Source of the DNA: an uncultured delta proteobacterium | GTDB taxonomy: Bacteria; Desulfobacterota; Binatia; Binatales; Binataceae | Direction: 5' to 3' | Length of the DNA stretch: 64,000 nt | Assembly (NCBI GenBank): GCA_963711565.1 | Contig: CAVQEQ010000004.1 | Coordinates: 1,344,001 to 1,408,000 of the forward strand | In this document: piece after piece, positions 9,607 to 19,832 of the stretch | How positions within the stretch are numbered: position 1 is the stretch's first letter | Layout: the number at the start of each line of letters is the position of its first letter | Program-made: the position numbers and the translations under genes | Notes under the pieces: generated by a model | Databases searched by the model: none | The model's input: only the letters and a program-made list of their open reading frames with translations | What the model was told of the DNA's origin: nothing

Positions 9607-10731
9607 CTACCCTATCGATTCGATCAGCGCGTTCAGTTCTTTCGCGTAGCGTGCCCAGGTGAATTTCTCGGCGGTCGCGCGGGCTTCGGCTGCGAGGCTT
9701 GCGGGTGCGTCGAACAGCGCGCCGAGCCGAAGCGCAACCTCGCCCACGTCGTCAGGATTTTCGACGCGGAAGCCGCGCATCGAGGGCGGGATGACCTCGG
9801 CGACGCCCGAGAACGCGCTGGTCATCGCGGGCAATCCAGCGGCCATCGCTTCCATCACGACGTTGCCGAACGGCTCGAACAGCGAAGGCATCGCGAACGC
9901 GTCGGCCGCGTGAAAGATTGTCTCGATGTTCGGCTGCGGACCGGTGAAGACGACTCGCCCGCCAACGTTGAGGGCGCTCGCGCGGCGGACGAATTTGTCG
10001 GTCTGGCGATCGGCGCCAGCCACCAGCAGAAACGCGCCGCCCGCGACCAGCGGCCATGCTTCGAGCAGGAATCCCAGTCCCTTGCGCGCGAAGCCGTTGC
10101 CAACGAAGGCGACCACGCGGGCACTGGCCGGCACTATAAACTTCTGGCGAATCGCCGCGCGCTCCGACGAATCGGCGGCGGGACGAAAGCGATCGAGATC
10201 GACGCCGTTGTAGATCGTGACAGTTTTCTCGGGCGCGAGACCGAACTCACGAATCAGATCGTCGCGAACGAAATTCGACACCGCGATCACTCGCTTCAGG
10301 CCGGGAGTCCGAAACGCCTGCCGTTCGACGAGCATCTGCACCTGGTGATACGGGTTGACACGCATCGCAGCCGCACCGAGCGCGCCGCGCCATTTTCGCG
10401 CCGCGCGGAGATAACTGGCATGAGCGCCGCCGCCGGAGCGCATCACGTCCGCGCCGACGCATCGCGCAAAACTCAGCACCAGATCGGCTCCAGCGCGGCG
10501 CGCCGCGGGGGCTGCGGTCCACGCGAATCGCAACAGGGACAGCGTGCGTCCGAGCCTGGGACCTGCGCCGACGCGACGGACATTCCAATCGCCGGTTGCA
10601 CCGCGGATCTCGTCGGCGAAAATCGAAACCTGATGATCCGATGCACGCAGACCATTCGCCGTGACGATCAAATCGCGCTCGGTGCCGCCGCCCGCGCTGT
10701 CGAAACGACGGGTCAGCAGCGCTATCCGCAT
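9607..10731 (-). CDS. Glycosyltransferase family 4 (WaaG/RfaG-like)
   Basis: GGGTER, IYNGVD, EPFGNVVMEAMAAG; start at MRIALL. Confidence 0.9.
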   Translation of the reverse strand: MRIALLTRRFDSAGGGTERDLIVTANGLRASDHQVSIFADEIRGATGDWNVRRVGAGPRLGRTLSLLRFAWTAAPAARRAGADLVLSFARCVGADVMRSGGGAHASYLRAARKWRGALGAAAMRVNPYHQVQMLVERQAFRTPGLKRVIAVSNFVRDDLIREFGLAPEKTVTIYNGVDLDRFRPAADSSERAAIRQKFIVPASARVVAFVGNGFARKGLGFLLEAWPLVAGGAFLLVAGADRQTDKFVRRASALNVGGRVVFTGPQPNIETIFHAADAFAMPSLFEPFGNVVMEAMAAGLPAMTSAFSGVAEVIPPSMRGFRVENPDDVGEVALRLGALFDAPASLAAEARATAEKFTWARYAKELNALIESIG

Positions 10732-10802
10732 TGAATGACGCTCCGCAGATGCGCGACCGCTTGCCGTATGATAATTTTTTCCGCGGGATGTGAGGTGGGG
10801 GA

Positions 10803-12152
10803 ATGATCGAAATTCAATGCACCAGTTGCCACACCCGTTATCGGATTGACGAGCGGGTCCTGCCCGACGATACACCGACCTTCAAGTGCTCGCGATGCGG
10901 CCATGTGTTCAACGCGGACCCTGTTCCCGCGAAGGCACGCAAACCGGCTCCCCAAGCGCCCGAGAGCGAATCGCAGGCGCCGCGCACAATCCGCCCCGCG
11001 CGACCGCGTCCGAGCGCGCTCAAGTCCCCGGTCGAAAGCAACGTCGTCAAGCGCGAGCATAGCGGAGAATTGCGGCCGACGATCGCGCGCAAACCCGAAG
11101 CTCGCCCGCCAAGAGTGGAATCGGAGCGGCGCGAGTCCGCCGAACATCGGACGCCGGCGCCGCTGCCCGATCAGCCCGAAGATCGAAGCGTTAAACCCCC
11201 GCAGGAACCGGAAGCCGACGATCCACTCAATCGCACTTTCGGCGACCGCGATCAGAGAGCCGACACCGGAGAAAATCTGAAATTCGATTTCAGCGACGAG
11301 CGCAGAGAAGTCGATGACGCGCAGCCGGAGGACGAGCTCGAGCGTCCCGAGCCGCACGATGCCGGCTGGCAGGTGGGCGACGTGCCGGACGAGTTCGCGT
11401 CGGCGCCGATTCGCCGGGCGCCCACCATGATGGCCGAGCCTGAGCCCGCTCCGCGGCCGACGCCGACCGCGGTGCGCCGCATGGCTGCTCCGCTGGAAGC
11501 CGAGGCGCCCCGATTCGCAACGCAGCCCGCGCAGGCAAAATCGACCGGGTTCCAGCTGGGCCAGGTTGACGATACGGCCGAGGCGGTATCTCCTGGAGCG
11601 ATTCACGCGTCCGGATTTTTTCTCGCACTCTTTTTCTTTGTCGCGATCGCTTTCCTCGCCGCGAGCGCGATCATCTGCGACGAGCCGCTGGCGAGTGCGC
11701 GGATTCTCGGCGGTGCTCCGCAAATCGGCGGTTACTTCGCGCGGCCGATTGTTCCCGCGATGCTGGTGACGCTGCATGACGTGCGCTCGGAGTATTACAC
11801 GCTCAAGGGCGGCCATGTCGCGCTGGTGATTACCGGCAACGCGCAGAATGTCGGCGAGCGTCCGCTGCACCTGGTCGCGATCGACGCCGATCTGATTGGC
11901 GACACCGCGCATCCGATCGCCAGCCAGAACGTTTACTGCGGCAACGAGCTCTCGGCCCAGATGCTCGGTGAGATGACACCGCGCGAAATCGAATTTTCTC
12001 AGGGGTTGAGCCCGCAGAAGGCGTTCGCGATCGAGCCGTCGGAATCGGTTCCCTTCCTCATGGTGTTCATCGATCCTCCCACGGGCGCCGGCAAGATTAG
12101 AATCTCGGTGTCGAAGGCCGAACCCGGCGCGAGCGCGGAGCCGCAGCCCTGA
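10803..12152 (+). CDS. Zinc-ribbon (MJ0042-type) / DUF3426-like membrane protein
   Basis: CTSC...CSRC zinc ribbon, long Pro/Glu-rich linker, one TM helix, C-terminal ITGNAQN beta domain. Confidence 0.75.
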   Translation: MIEIQCTSCHTRYRIDERVLPDDTPTFKCSRCGHVFNADPVPAKARKPAPQAPESESQAPRTIRPARPRPSALKSPVESNVVKREHSGELRPTIARKPEARPPRVESERRESAEHRTPAPLPDQPEDRSVKPPQEPEADDPLNRTFGDRDQRADTGENLKFDFSDERREVDDAQPEDELERPEPHDAGWQVGDVPDEFASAPIRRAPTMMAEPEPAPRPTPTAVRRMAAPLEAEAPRFATQPAQAKSTGFQLGQVDDTAEAVSPGAIHASGFFLALFFFVAIAFLAASAIICDEPLASARILGGAPQIGGYFARPIVPAMLVTLHDVRSEYYTLKGGHVALVITGNAQNVGERPLHLVAIDADLIGDTAHPIASQNVYCGNELSAQMLGEMTPREIEFSQGLSPQKAFAIEPSESVPFLMVFIDPPTGAGKIRISVSKAEPGASAEPQP

Positions 12153-12168
12153 ATCGTCGTCGCCGCCT

Positions 12169-12558
12169 CTACTCCTTCTCGCGCGCGAGCAGTTCGGTGT
12201 ATTCCTCCGCGTCCATCAGGTCTTCGAGATCGCTCATGTCGGTAATCTTCACCTTGATCAGCCATCCGTCGCCGTACGGATCTTCGTTGACGGTTTCGGG
12301 GCTCTCGGGCAGGTCTTCGTTGATCTCGATCACGGTGCCGGTGACCGGCGCATAAATATCCGAGACCGCCTTGACCGACTCGACGACACCAAACGGATCG
12401 TCCTTGCTGACCTTGTCGCCGACCGCGGGCAGTTCGATGTACACGATCTCACCCAACTGGTCTTGCGCGTGATCGGTAATTCCAACGGTCGCGACGCTGT
12501 CTTCAGTGGCGACCCATTCATGCTCTTTCGAATATTTGAGCCCCTGCGGGATCTCCAT
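12169..12558 (-). CDS. gcvH: Glycine cleavage system H protein
   Basis: YSKEHEW, VESVKA lipoyl-lysine, DPYGDGW; GGAGG RBS. Confidence 0.97.
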   Translation of the reverse strand: MEIPQGLKYSKEHEWVATEDSVATVGITDHAQDQLGEIVYIELPAVGDKVSKDDPFGVVESVKAVSDIYAPVTGTVIEINEDLPESPETVNEDPYGDGWLIKVKITDMSDLEDLMDAEEYTELLAREKE

Positions 12559-12766
12559 GACTCCTCCGTAGATCGCGAACGGTGCGCATATTTCGTCCGC
12601 CCCGCGCGAGACCGATCGCGATCACATCCAATGCTCATGAAGCGCAGCGGCGCGAGTTTTGTCAAGTTCCCGTTCGTGCCATCGCGGGCATCGGTCACGC
12701 GCGTTACTCTTGACTGTCGCGTGTCGATGGCGTTAGCCGTCGGGCGGACGCGGAGGACCTGATTGC

Positions 12767-13873
12767 ATGAATGTCGGCATCCCCACGGAAATCAAATCCG
12801 ACGAGCAGCGCGTGTCGCTGACCCCGGCGGGCGTCGCCGCACTGCGCACGCACGGTCATCGCGTGATGGTCCAGGCGGGAGCGGGAGTCGGCAGCGGATT
12901 CGCCGACACTGACTATCGCAAGGCAGGTGCATCAATCGTCACGGGGGCGGCGGACGTGTGGCGCCGCGCCGACATGATCCTCAAGGTCAAGGAACCACAG
13001 CCGCCGGAATACCCCCTGATGCGTCCGGGGTTGATCGTTTTTACCTATCTGCATCTCGCCGCGGACTCGCGTCTCTCACGCGAACTGATCCGCCGGCGCG
13101 TGACCGCGGTCGGCTACGAAACGATCCAGCTCGAAGACTCGAGTCTGCCGTTGCTCGCGCCGATGAGCGAAGTCGCGGGACGCCTCGCAATCCAGGCCGG
13201 CTGATGGTGTCTGCAGGCGCGCAGTGGCGGCCGCGGCGTCCTGCTGAGCGGAGCGTCCGGCGTGCGGCCGGGCAAGGTCGTGGTGCTCGGCGGAGGAATC
13301 TCGGGACTGAACGCATGTCGAGTCGCGGCGGGCGTCGGCGCTGAAGTGACGATCATGGATATCAATCCGACGCGGTTGCGCTACCTGGGCGATCTGCTCG
13401 GCGGGCGCGTGACGACGGTGATGTCGAATCGCGCGACGCTGGACGAGGAAGTTACGAACTGCGACCTCGTGATTGGCGCGGTGCTGGTGCCGGGCGCACG
13501 CGCGCCGCGGCTGCTGAGCGCAAAGATGGTTGCGCGGATGCGTCGAGGCGCGGCGATTGTGGATCTGTCGATTGATCAAGGTGGAATCGCGGAGACTTCG
13601 GCGCCCACGACGCATGCGCGTCCGACTTTCATCCGCAACGGCGTCGTGCACTACTGCGTGACGAACATGCCTGCGATGGTGCCGCACACCTCGACCTACG
13701 CGCTCACCAACGCGACGCTGACCTATGCGCTCGAAATCGCGGACCACGGGATTCTCGACGCCGGGATGAACAACTCCGCCATTCGCCACGGCCTGAATAC
13801 CTTTGACGGCCACGTCGTGCATCCCGCCGTCGCGCAGGCGCTCAAGATGAAACCGAACTCACCTTGGCAATAG
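12767..13873 (+). CDS. ald: Alanine dehydrogenase, interrupted by an in-frame TGA at 13202-13204 (probable sequence error or nonsense allele)
   Basis: GIPTEIK, VKEP, YLHLA, LLAPMSEVAGR, then TGA, then the same frame continues WCLQARSGGRGVLL...DQGG...NMPAMVP. Confidence 0.92.
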
Positions 13874-13927
13874 CGAGTCGGCTCAATCGCTCTGAGTGGT
13901 TCTGCAGAGCTGCTCCGATTTCCGATA

Positions 13928-14053
13928 CCTCTCCCCCCGGGAGAGGACGGCGCGCGCTTCGCGCGCCGTGTGAGGGCGCATGCATTCAGCTCGATGCGCG
14001 CGCCCTCACCCGACGCTCGCGGACTCGCATCGACCTCTCCCGAGGGGAGAGGT
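13928..14053. repeat. REP-like doublet (CCTCTCCC..GGGAGAGG / GTGAGGG..CCCTCACC family)
   Basis: Two CCTCTCCC-GGGAGAGG hairpins flanking GTGAGGGCGC...GCGCCCTCAC arms, between convergent genes. Confidence 0.7.
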
Positions 14054-14094
14054 AAGAGCCGGGATTCTTCGCTTCGCTCTGAATGACACAAAAA

Positions 14095-14153
14095 ACACTG
14101 GGTGCAGGGGTCACCCCTGCCCAAGGAAGCGTGAAACCCACCGCGGGTTTCAC
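14095..14153. repeat. 59 bp double-hairpin repeat, copy 1 (copy 2 at 62171-62229)
   Basis: ACACTGGGTGCAGGGGTCACCCCTGCCCAAGGAAGCGTGAAACCCACCGCGGGTTTCAC. Confidence 0.85.
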
Positions 14154-14180
14154 ATTCAATAAAATGATTTCTCTTTCTTC

Positions 14181-15230
14181 TTAAACCTGATCCTTATCGA
14201 GACTTGAGGTCCACTTGCGCGACGTGCGCCCTTCCCACGCGCGCTTGTGATAGGCGTATCCCACGATCAGCGGCACTGCGATCGTCGCCTCGCAATACAC
14301 CATCTGCTCGTAAGTCGTATCCACCTTGCCCCAACTGCTCGCCTCTTTGAGCGTGCTGCCCGACAGCGCGCCGTCGCGCACGTCGGCCACCGTGATCTGA
14401 ATTGCGTACTTGTGCATCGGCACGTCATGCCCCAGCACTTCGGCTGCGACCACGATGTCCTGCGCGAAATTCTTCGGTACGCCGCCGCCGATCATGAAGA
14501 GCCCCGTGCTTTCATTCTTCACCTTGAGCCGCGTCAGCTCGTAAAAATCCTTGGCACTGTCGAGCGAGACTTTGGGCTTGCCGTGACGGGCCGCCTGATG
14601 CGCCACCAGCCCGAAGCCGGCAGAGCAATCGCTGAACGCGGGACAGAAGATCGGCACCTCTTCGCGAAACGCCTCGAGCACGATGCTCGCGTCCGTCTTC
14701 GCACCGGTCTCTGCGAGATACTTGCCCATCTCGCCGACGAACTCGCGCGACGAATACGGCCGCGGTTCGAGGCTGTCGGTGATTTTATGAATCGTTTCGT
14801 CGCACACGCGCAGTTCATCTTCGTCGATCAGCGTGTCGTAGATTCGATCGATATGCAGTTCGCGCAGCTTGTCGTCGTCGAGCCCGTACTTGAAACGATC
14901 CTCGGCCATCCAATGCTTGAAGCCGAGCGCCTCGAAGAAATCCTGATCGACGATATTCGCGCCGGTGCTGACGATCGCATCGACCATGTGATTGCGAATC
15001 ATGTCGGCGAAGACGCGCTTCAGCCCCGCGCTGATCAGCGATCCAGCCAGGCACAGGATCACCCCGCACTCGCGATCGCGCAGCATGCGGTCGTAAATCG
15101 TCGCCGCGCGATGCAGGTCGCGGGCGCTGTACGCCATCTGCCCCATCGCCTCGACGATCGGCACGACACTGTCGCGCGTAATATCGACGTGCTCGATCGG
15201 TTTCTTCAGAAATTCTGATTTGACGCTCAT
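14181..15230 (-). CDS. Deoxyhypusine synthase-like protein (polyamine/homospermidine synthesis)
   Basis: STGANIVDQD, IGGGVPKNFAQD, DGALSGSTLKEASSWGK. Confidence 0.92.
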   Translation of the reverse strand: MSVKSEFLKKPIEHVDITRDSVVPIVEAMGQMAYSARDLHRAATIYDRMLRDRECGVILCLAGSLISAGLKRVFADMIRNHMVDAIVSTGANIVDQDFFEALGFKHWMAEDRFKYGLDDDKLRELHIDRIYDTLIDEDELRVCDETIHKITDSLEPRPYSSREFVGEMGKYLAETGAKTDASIVLEAFREEVPIFCPAFSDCSAGFGLVAHQAARHGKPKVSLDSAKDFYELTRLKVKNESTGLFMIGGGVPKNFAQDIVVAAEVLGHDVPMHKYAIQITVADVRDGALSGSTLKEASSWGKVDTTYEQMVYCEATIAVPLIVGYAYHKRAWEGRTSRKWTSSLDKDQV

Positions 15231-15299
15231 TACAGTCCTCGCGATGTATTCGATTTATTCGCCGATACTAAACATCGGCCAGGTTATACGCTACTTCGG

Positions 15300-16118
15300 T
15301 TATTTGATGGGGCCGATTCCGCCCACGCCGGTCCAGTAGAACATGAAATACAGGGTGCCGAGCCCGACCAAAAACGCAAACGCGATCACGTCCGCCGCCG
15401 TCACCGGGTATTCGATAAACGTCGTCGGCTCGTGGCTGAAGCCGAAGCCGCGCGCTTCCAGAGCCATCGCCATGTTGTTGGCCTTGCGCAGCGCGCCCAT
15501 AAAAACCGGGATCACCACCGGCACGTAACGCCGCACGCGCTCGAGCGGCCCGCCCTGGTTGAAGTCATAGCCGCGCAACCGCTGCGCATCGACAATCGTC
15601 ACGGCCGAATCGATAAACAGCGGGACCAATCGGAATGAGAGCGAGATCGCGAAGCTGACGCGATACGGCACCCGCATCCGCTGCAGTCCGTAAGTGAACT
15701 CCTCTATCTTGGTGGTCGAAAGAAACAGCACCGACGCCGCCAGCAACTCCGCCAGCTTGATCCCGCGCCCGATACCGAACTTGATCGAAAGCCACGTCAC
15801 ATCTATCGCCACATGACGCGATCCCCAGTGAAACAACTCCACTTTGAACAGTGGCGTTCCGCGCTGGTAAAAGACCATCCACATCAGCGTGGTCGTGAAA
15901 ATCAAAATTACGAATAGCCAGCGCAGCCGATAAAAATTCGGCCACGAATCGGTAAGCTGCGCGACCCAAAGCATCAGCACCCCGATCGGAACCAGCAGCA
16001 CGATCGGATTGTCCACCCAGTACACCGACCAGAACATGACGAACAGCGAGAACACCTTGACCGTCGGATGCAGCCGATGAACGAAGGTGCCTCTGTCGAT
16101 GTACAGATAAATCGGCAT
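15300..16118 (-). CDS. ECF transporter transmembrane T component
   Basis: LHPTVK, AQRLRG, MALEARG motifs; ATGA overlap with the ATPase gene. Confidence 0.9.
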   Translation of the reverse strand: MPIYLYIDRGTFVHRLHPTVKVFSLFVMFWSVYWVDNPIVLLVPIGVLMLWVAQLTDSWPNFYRLRWLFVILIFTTTLMWMVFYQRGTPLFKVELFHWGSRHVAIDVTWLSIKFGIGRGIKLAELLAASVLFLSTTKIEEFTYGLQRMRVPYRVSFAISLSFRLVPLFIDSAVTIVDAQRLRGYDFNQGGPLERVRRYVPVVIPVFMGALRKANNMAMALEARGFGFSHEPTTFIEYPVTAADVIAFAFLVGLGTLYFMFYWTGVGGIGPIK

Positions 16119-17830
16119 CAGGCGCGCCCCTTCACCCAGGCGACGAATTCGTCCGTCGTCAGCGCAAGCATGCCGAAACGGCGGCTCAGCTCCGTGATTT
16201 CCGGCGCCCGAAACGACGACGACCGCAGCAGCTCGTCCTGCATGAAGAACTCGCGCACGCCGCCGTCGAATATCTTCGCGCCCTTGCGCATCAACACGAC
16301 CCGCCGCGCATACTCCGCGACCAGCCACGGCGTATGGGTGATGATCACAATCGCGATCCCCGCGCGGTTGAGGTCGCGCACCAGTTCCATCATGCGAAGT
16401 TGCTCGCGATGGTCCAGCCCCGTAGTCGGCTCGTCGAGTATCAGCATCCGCGGTCGCAGCACGAGGACACTCGCTACCGCCAGCCGTTGCCGCTCGCCCT
16501 TGCTGAGCAGGAACGGGTCGCTCTGCCGCTCGTTCTGGAGGCCGACCGCTTCGAGCGCTTCGTCGCATCTCCGCCGGATCTCGTCCTCGGCCAGGCCGAA
16601 GTTGCGCGGCCCGAACGCGACTTCCTCCTCAACCGTGGCGGCGAAAATCTGATGGTCCGGATTCTGAAAAACGTACGCGACCACGCGCGCCGTCTCCGCC
16701 GGACGCATCTCCGCGCGATCCTTGCCGTCGATCGTCACGCGACCCGCCACCGGCTGCAGCAGCCCCACGATATGCTTGGCCAGCGTGGTTTTACCGGAAC
16801 CATTTTGCCCGACGATCGCAAGAAATTCGCCCGCTTCGACTTTGAGCTCGATCGAATCCAGCACGCGCGGTCCACCCGCGTAGCTGAAGCTGACGTTCTC
16901 GATTCCGATAAACGCGGGAGCGACCGGCATCGAGGACTCGGGCCGAGCATTTACGTTGCCGATTTGATTCGTCGCGAGCCGCGGATATGCGCGCTCGATC
17001 GCGTCGTAAGCCTGCTCGACGCTTTTCGGTTGCGCGTCGATTCCGAGCAGCCCGAGCGCGTGACCGAGTCCCGGCGGACGCACGCCGCATGCAGTCAGCA
17101 GCTCGGTGCGTGCGAACACTTCGGCCGGCGGACCGTCCGCCGCGATTTCGCCCTCGCGCAGAACGACTATCCGATCGGCGGCGCGCAGCTCCTCCGACTC
17201 GTGCTCGATCACGATCAGGCTCAAGCCCTGCGCGCGCAGCTTCGCGATCAAGTCGAAGACTTCCGCCCTGCCCTCGGGATCGAGGTCGGTGGTCGGCTCG
17301 TCGAGCACGATCACCGACGGGCGCAGCGCCAGCACCGACGCGATCGCGAGCCGCTGCTTCTCGCCGCCCGACAGCGACATCGGATCGCGATGCTCGAAGC
17401 CGCGCAGCCCGACGGCTTCCAGAGCGGGCAGGATTCGCCGGTCCATCTCGGCGCGGTCCATCCCAACCTGTTCCATCGCGAAGGCCACTTCGTGCGCGAC
17501 GTTGGTCGAGAACAGCTGCGACTCGAAATCCTGGAAGACCATGCCGACCTTCGGCGCAACGTCGCAGACGCGAAGAACTTCCAGCGACTCGCCCGCGATT
17601 CGTATCACGCCGTGAAAATCCCCGTCCTCGAACTCCGGCACGATCCGATTCAAACATTTCGCGAGCGTCGATTTGCCCGCGCCCGACGCGCCCATCACGC
17701 CGATCGCCTCGCCCGCCGCCTGGGTGAAGCTGACCCCGCGAAGCGCCGGCCGCTCCGCACCGTGATAGGTGAACGTGACGCCCTGCGCCGACACTGAGTG
17801 CTGGTTAGTATTCACTGATAAAGTTTTCAC
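16118..17830 (-). CDS. ECF transporter fused double ATPase (A-A')
   Basis: Two Walker A (GASGAGKS, GQNGSGKT), LSGGEKQ/LSKGERQ signatures, two LDEPTT; GTG start overlaps the upstream TGA. Confidence 0.92.
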   Translation of the reverse strand: MKTLSVNTNQHSVSAQGVTFTYHGAERPALRGVSFTQAAGEAIGVMGASGAGKSTLAKCLNRIVPEFEDGDFHGVIRIAGESLEVLRVCDVAPKVGMVFQDFESQLFSTNVAHEVAFAMEQVGMDRAEMDRRILPALEAVGLRGFEHRDPMSLSGGEKQRLAIASVLALRPSVIVLDEPTTDLDPEGRAEVFDLIAKLRAQGLSLIVIEHESEELRAADRIVVLREGEIAADGPPAEVFARTELLTACGVRPPGLGHALGLLGIDAQPKSVEQAYDAIERAYPRLATNQIGNVNARPESSMPVAPAFIGIENVSFSYAGGPRVLDSIELKVEAGEFLAIVGQNGSGKTTLAKHIVGLLQPVAGRVTIDGKDRAEMRPAETARVVAYVFQNPDHQIFAATVEEEVAFGPRNFGLAEDEIRRRCDEALEAVGLQNERQSDPFLLSKGERQRLAVASVLVLRPRMLILDEPTTGLDHREQLRMMELVRDLNRAGIAIVIITHTPWLVAEYARRVVLMRKGAKIFDGGVREFFMQDELLRSSSFRAPEITELSRRFGMLALTTDEFVAWVKGRA

Positions 17831-18612
17831 ATCATGAACAGGCCCGCGAACGCCAGCAGCAGGAACGGGCCAACTATAATCAGGACCGGCTTGTCGTACG
17901 GCGCGACGATCATCCACGCGGGCAGAAACTTCGGCGCCCAGTATCCGGTCGATAGCAAATTTCCCAAAACCCACGCGCCGCCCTCGCCCGCTATCAGCAG
18001 CGCGAAACCGGTGGCGCGAAGCGGTACCGGCTTCAGCTTCACCTCCGGCATCACGTCAGTGTAAAGCATCCGGCCTTTCTTCACCCGCGGATAGACGGCG
18101 GCGAGGATGAACGGCGAAAGCGCCAGCGCCGAGATCATATTGTTGAAGATGATCACGTTGCCGAGCATCGCGAACGGCCGGATCACGAGCACGTTGTCGG
18201 CCCATCCGACCAGGTCGGCGCACAGCACGCTCGCCGCGAGGCACGCGATTACGTACTTGAAAATTATAATAGGTGAATTGGGCACGGGGCTCTCGCCGCG
18301 CGCGATCAATTCCCAGACCTTGTAGGGAATCCATCCGTACGCCAGGTTCGCGAAGAATCCGAAGATGTCGCCCGGCGACACGCCGCCGAAAAAATCGCCG
18401 ATCATATTTCCGATCGCCGAGCCCCACGCTGCCGCCGGACCGAACAGGAACGAGCACACGACCGGAATCGCGTTGGCGGGACGCAGTTCGGTGACGCCGG
18501 GAATCAGCGGCACCACCTTGAACGGCACCAGCACTGCCGCGTACAGCGCCGCCGAGATCGCGCACAGCACGACCATCCGCGTGTTGCGCCACATCAGGCG
18601 GAGATCGCTCAT
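17827..18612 (-). CDS. ECF transporter S component, QueT-like
   Basis: AALYAAVL...ELRPAN...LFGPAAAWGSAIGN; multiple TM helices; first gene of an S-A-T operon. Confidence 0.8.
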   Translation of the reverse strand: MSDLRLMWRNTRMVVLCAISAALYAAVLVPFKVVPLIPGVTELRPANAIPVVCSFLFGPAAAWGSAIGNMIGDFFGGVSPGDIFGFFANLAYGWIPYKVWELIARGESPVPNSPIIIFKYVIACLAASVLCADLVGWADNVLVIRPFAMLGNVIIFNNMISALALSPFILAAVYPRVKKGRMLYTDVMPEVKLKPVPLRATGFALLIAGEGGAWVLGNLLSTGYWAPKFLPAWMIVAPYDKPVLIIVGPFLLLAFAGLFMM

Positions 18613-18665
18613 CGCGGCACCGGCCACGCGATGCGCGCACGGCGCATGCCTGCTATACGGATTGA

Positions 18666-19442
18666 ATGATCGACAGCCACGTTCATCTCGACGCTGACCA
18701 GTATCCCGACCCTTCCGGCGCAATCAAGCGGGCGCATGATGCGGGAGTGTCGGCGATGGTCGTGCCGGGAGTCGGGCCGGCGTCGAATCGCGCGGTGCTT
18801 GAACTTGGGCGTAAGCATCGGGGCGTCATTTTTCCCGCACTAGGATTTCATCCCGAACGATTTGAACATAGTGAGGATGAGGCGCGCGCGGTGCTCGAGA
18901 TGATCGAGCGCGAGCGCGCCTCGATTTGCGCTGTCGGCGAAGTCGGGCTGCCGTGGTACGGCGAGCGCGCGGGGGACGCCGGTGTGATCGACGCCGCGAA
19001 ATTGACGCTCGCACGCTTCGCGCGTGCCGCAGTCGCGCTCGATCTGCCGCTGATACTGCACGCGCCGCACGCGCGCGCCGGCGAGGCGTTAGCGATAATC
19101 CGCGAGGCTCACGTGACGCGCGCCGTTTTTCACTGGCACAAATCCGACGAGCAGACCACGCGCGCTATCATTGGAGCCGGATACTTTATTTCGCTGTCGC
19201 CCGAGGTCGCCTACCGGGCGCGCGACCAGGATCTCGCGCGGATGCTGCCTGCCGACAGGATGCTCGTCGAGACGGACGGCCCGTGGGCACACGGCGGTCA
19301 ATTTGCGGGAAGATTGACCGAGCCCGCGATGATCAAGGAAGTCGTCGCTGCGCTCGCGCATCTGCGCTGCACGACCTTCGAGGAAGTCGCCGCCGCGACG
19401 ACAGCCAACTCCCGCACGCTGTTCCGAACTAAATCTTCGTGA
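18666..19442 (+). CDS. TatD family hydrolase
   Basis: IDSHVHL, GFHP, VGEVGL, VFHW, LVETDGP. Confidence 0.92.
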   Translation: MIDSHVHLDADQYPDPSGAIKRAHDAGVSAMVVPGVGPASNRAVLELGRKHRGVIFPALGFHPERFEHSEDEARAVLEMIERERASICAVGEVGLPWYGERAGDAGVIDAAKLTLARFARAAVALDLPLILHAPHARAGEALAIIREAHVTRAVFHWHKSDEQTTRAIIGAGYFISLSPEVAYRARDQDLARMLPADRMLVETDGPWAHGGQFAGRLTEPAMIKEVVAALAHLRCTTFEEVAAATTANSRTLFRTKSS

Positions 19443-19475
19443 AATACGCACGCGCAGTCGCTACAATAAATCGAG

Positions 19476-19832
19476 ATGCCAATATACGAATATCGATGCG
19501 AGAAGTGCCGGCGGACTACCAGCGTTCTGACCACCCGCATCAGCGAAAAGGTCGAGGCGGTTTGCGCGCATTGCGGCGGCAAGAAAATGAGCCGGCTGAT
19601 GTCGCGCTTCGCGATGCCGCGCAGCGAGGAATCGCGGATGGAATCGCTCGCGGATCCGTCGAAGATGGGCGACATCGACGAGAACGACCCGAAGAGCGTC
19701 GCGCGGATGATGAAGCGGATGGGCAAGGAAATGGGCGACGAGTTTGGCGGCGCCGAATTCGATGAGGCGGTCGAGGAGATCGAGAGCGGCGGCGATTTGG
19801 GGGACGACGGATCGGATGAGGGGGATATTTAG
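19476..19832 (+). CDS. FmdB-family zinc-ribbon protein
   Basis: MPIYEYRCEKC...CAHCG; acidic C-terminus. Confidence 0.88.
   Translation: MPIYEYRCEKCRRTTSVLTTRISEKVEAVCAHCGGKKMSRLMSRFAMPRSEESRMESLADPSKMGDIDENDPKSVARMMKRMGKEMGDEFGGAEFDEAVEEIESGGDLGDDGSDEGDI

Noticed and set aside
12559-12766. Glycine riboswitch upstream of gcvH (and TPP riboswitches near thiD/thiE)
   Set aside because: The conserved aptamer motifs were not found; thiE is translationally coupled to ntrC.
13202-13245. Selenocysteine or readthrough recoding of the in-frame TGA in ald, with a possible downstream hairpin (GCAGGCGC...GCGTCCTGC)
   Set aside because: The position aligns with a non-catalytic small residue rather than a conserved Cys, hairpins are easy to find at this GC content, the FDH in the window uses Cys, and the TGA abuts GCCGGC like the other lesions. 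An error or nonsense allele is more parsimonious.
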